From the NCBI GenBank assembly GCA_037137395.1, contig JBAXKK010000053.1, forward strand, positions 1 to 18,144: a stretch of DNA of 18,144 nt. Direction: 5' to 3'. The DNA is from Elusimicrobiota bacterium (GTDB taxonomy: Bacteria > Elusimicrobiota > Elusimicrobia > Elusimicrobiales > UBA9959). The notes below the pieces were generated by a model. It was not told the origin of the DNA. It made no database searches and was given only the letters and a program-made list of their open reading frames with translations. A program made the position numbers and the translations under genes. This document shows, piece after piece, positions 15,851 to 18,144 of this stretch; the stretch's first letter is position 1; each line of letters begins with the position of its first letter.

Positions 15851-16534
15851 ATGGTCATAATAATAGGCTTCGGCATTTCCTGCGGAGAGCACTTGACCCT
15901 GCAGGGACTTAGAATGCTACAGGCTTGCAATGTAGTGTTCGGACCAAAAGGAGCCATCCCGCCAGATATACTCAGGACGATTCCTGACTTCCGAGACATT
16001 GTGAAGCTCTACCAAGGCGAAGGCGCGGAACTCCGGGTGGCGGCAGCCGTATTGGCTGAGGCTGCGCGCGGAAAAACAGTTGGTTTATGCACTATGGGTC
16101 ATCCGCTTATCTTCGACAAGCCAGCGGCCTTCCTGTCCGGGGAGTGCCGGGCCCGCGGCATAGAGTGCCGAATAATACCCGGTATTTCGGCCGTGGACGC
16201 GGTCCTTTGCGAGCTCGGCTATGTGGTGGGTCCGGCCGGGTTCCAGGCTCACCAGGCGCTGCACCTGCATAAGACGCAACTTGATGCCGGCCTTCCGCTT
16301 TTTATCTTCCGCTTCAGTGAGCTGACCAGACACCAGGCTATCAGGTCCAAGTTCATGGCAAAACTATCTAAGACCTATGCGCAGTCACACCCGGTATATC
16401 TGGTTGAGTCTGGACATGTACCTAACGCCGGCTCACGAATAGAAAAAATAGTCCTGGGAAAACTTAAAAGCAAGCTCGATTCGGCAGCGCAGGAAGTCAC
16501 ACTCTTCATCCCCCCCTCTGTAATACTTTCTTGA
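15851..16534 (+). CDS. SAM-dependent methyltransferase, tetrapyrrole-methylase fold, borosin-methyltransferase-like
   Basis: IIGFGI...HLT, GKTV...GHPLIF, IIPGISAVD...LG, GFQ, L..TY...HPV.L.E, RIE, TLFIPP. Confidence 0.75.
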   Translation: MVIIIGFGISCGEHLTLQGLRMLQACNVVFGPKGAIPPDILRTIPDFRDIVKLYQGEGAELRVAAAVLAEAARGKTVGLCTMGHPLIFDKPAAFLSGECRARGIECRIIPGISAVDAVLCELGYVVGPAGFQAHQALHLHKTQLDAGLPLFIFRFSELTRHQAIRSKFMAKLSKTYAQSHPVYLVESGHVPNAGSRIEKIVLGKLKSKLDSAAQEVTLFIPPSVILS

Positions 16535-16538
16535 ACTA

Positions 16539-18038
16539 TCAGTGCCGGAAATGACGGATGCCGGTAAGGAGCATTGCCGCATTCTTAAGGTCGCAGAATT
16601 GGGCGCACAACAGATCTTCCCGCCAGCCTCCCGGCTGGATTACCGCGCTGACGCCTGCCATCAGCGCGGCCTCAAGCGTACTCAACGGCAGCGCGGCATC
16701 GCAGGCCATAACCAGAGGCGCCTTGCCCTCAAATATCGGATGCTTGTTTTTAAGTTTTGAAACAGCGCTACAAAGCGCGTCATAAGTTGAACTTTCTGCT
16801 GCGCTCACGGAGACGGCCGTGCCGCCTGAAGCCAGCACCACCGCGTAGGTTTTTGCGTATTTGGATGTCTTCCAGGCCAATTTCAGCGACCTCAATTCCT
16901 CATCGGAAGGCTTGCGTCTGGTAACGCATTGCAGCTCCTGCCCCAAGACCGCCTGATCTTTAGACTCAATCAGTATTCCCCCGGCCACCGCGTAAAGTTC
17001 CACCTCATGCGGCGAAAGTACCGGGGGCGGCAGCGTGACGACCCTGAGTCCTTCCTTAGCCCGCAGCAGAGTCAGGGCTTCGCCGCTGTAATCCGGCGCC
17101 ACCACGCTCTCTATAAAAGCCTCTGTGAGCGCCCTAGCCGTATCCAAATCTATTTGCCTGTTGAAAGCGGCAGTGCCGCCAGTCGCGCCCGCAGGATCGG
17201 CCTTTAAAGCCCCCCGAAAGAAATCTGGCGGTTTAGCCGCGGAGCAGACTCCGGCCGGCTTGGCGTGTTTTGAGATGACGCAGACCGGTTCCTCAAATTC
17301 CGCAGCCAACTCAAAAGCCGTGTCCAGATCAAGATAATGGTTAAGATTAAACTGCCCGCCGGACAATATCCTGGCGGCGTTCAAGCCGCGCGGCCTGGCG
17401 CCGCTGAGAGCGTAAAAAGCGGCTTTCTGGTGACGGTTCTCGCCGTAGGTCAGGTTTGACACTTTCTTAAGGCTCATCACAACTTCTTCACCCAGCAGGT
17501 CCCGCGTCTCGGAAAGATATTGAGCGACGGTGGCGTCGTAGGCTGCCATGTACTGCCAGGCTTTGGCTGAGAGCTGCCGCTTATGCTCAGGCTCAAGCCC
17601 TCCAACTGCCTTAAGTTTCTCAAGGACAGTCAGATAGTCCTCAGACCGGCAGAGCGTTATAACATCTTCAAAATCCCTGGCGGCGGCGCGCAGCACTGAA
17701 GCGTTGGCCTGGTCCAGATAACTGGAAAGTTCCTCAATGGCGAATTCTTCCTGCCCCACTATGTTGGCTATAGGATAGAGATTAGCGGCCACGACATGAG
17801 GCTTTGGAACTTCAACTCCGTTTTCGGAAACCACCGCCGCCGCGCCGGCGAGCGCCTTGAGAACGGAAACGGGAACCGGAGGAGAATAACGGATCTCCTC
17901 CGCTTCCACTTCGGAATCCTGTAAAAGTTTGAAAGTGGAACCGGATGCGTATATTTCAAAACCGAGTTCGCCCAGACCGCGCGCAAAATCCACGATCCCG
18001 GTCTTATCGTAAACGCTCAGATAAGCGACTTTGTTCAT
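16539..18038 (-). CDS. purH: PurH-like protein (IMP cyclohydrolase/AICAR transformylase fold), highly degenerate
   Basis: LSVYDKTG, NLYP, RAAA, YDA, YGEN.HQ, KH, AFN, APDY, IQPGG and terminal RHFRH are present. GRVKTLHP is absent and IDIGG is replaced. The start is taken as ATG 18038 (MNKVAY); TTG 18047 is an alternative. Confidence 0.85.
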   Translation of the reverse strand: MNKVAYLSVYDKTGIVDFARGLGELGFEIYASGSTFKLLQDSEVEAEEIRYSPPVPVSVLKALAGAAAVVSENGVEVPKPHVVAANLYPIANIVGQEEFAIEELSSYLDQANASVLRAAARDFEDVITLCRSEDYLTVLEKLKAVGGLEPEHKRQLSAKAWQYMAAYDATVAQYLSETRDLLGEEVVMSLKKVSNLTYGENRHQKAAFYALSGARPRGLNAARILSGGQFNLNHYLDLDTAFELAAEFEEPVCVISKHAKPAGVCSAAKPPDFFRGALKADPAGATGGTAAFNRQIDLDTARALTEAFIESVVAPDYSGEALTLLRAKEGLRVVTLPPPVLSPHEVELYAVAGGILIESKDQAVLGQELQCVTRRKPSDEELRSLKLAWKTSKYAKTYAVVLASGGTAVSVSAAESSTYDALCSAVSKLKNKHPIFEGKAPLVMACDAALPLSTLEAALMAGVSAVIQPGGWREDLLCAQFCDLKNAAMLLTGIRHFRH

Positions 18039-18047
18039 AAGAATCAA

Positions 18048-18144
18048 GATGAAAGCAATCTAGCCGTTTAGATGCACAGCAATTCAGCAAAATTGCTTTA
18101 CATCTAAATTGCTTTGCATCTAAACTGCTTTACATCTAAACTGC
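18048..18144. repeat. 16-bp tandem repeat TGCTTTRCATCTAAAY with an inverted copy; runs off the window end
   Basis: Units at 18094-18109, 18110-18125 and 18126-18141, with a partial unit to 18144. Inverted copy TTTAGATGCACAGCAATT at 18067-18084 and partial AGATGAAAGCAA near 18047-18058. Confidence 0.9.

Noticed and set aside
15851..16534. Calling the methyltransferase a cobalamin/siroheme enzyme (cobA/cbi) or rsmI
   Set aside because: It has GHP rather than GDP/GTP, its C-terminal half looks different, and there are no tetrapyrrole genes in the window.
18094..18144. Possible CRISPR array
   Set aside because: The units are 16 bp and directly abutting, with no spacers and no cas genes.

Overview
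Gene-dense bacterial chromosomal window, mostly housekeeping. The style tentatively suggests Elusimicrobiota, which cannot be proven from this window. Gene order: tmk (5'-truncated)-holB (+); pssA, psd, tRNA-Leu(UAA), a YacP/Rae1-like NYN nuclease and a TlpA-TIGR03435-like lipoprotein (-); a phosphohexomutase-fold gene, eno, ftsB, an MBL-fold hydrolase, lgt and an RluD-like gene (+); a GH57 branching enzyme and a DUF4912-like gene (-); a tdh-like gene, kbl and a SAM methyltransferase (+); a purH-like gene (-). I see no integrase, transposase or CRISPR array. Three things stand out. (1) Three full-length core-enzyme homologues (phosphohexomutase, Tdh, PurH) carry substitutions concentrated at catalytic or cofactor residues while neighbouring enzymes are canonical, so they are candidate pseudoenzymes. 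(2) The stand-alone methyltransferase resembles borosin RiPP backbone N-methyltransferases and is overlapped by a small upstream ORF with its own RBS. (3) Degenerate 7-, 8- and 16-bp tandem repeats, several arranged as inverted arms, occupy four intergenic gaps, and one array lies inside the HolB zinc loop. All family calls come from motif recognition by eye, not from database searches.
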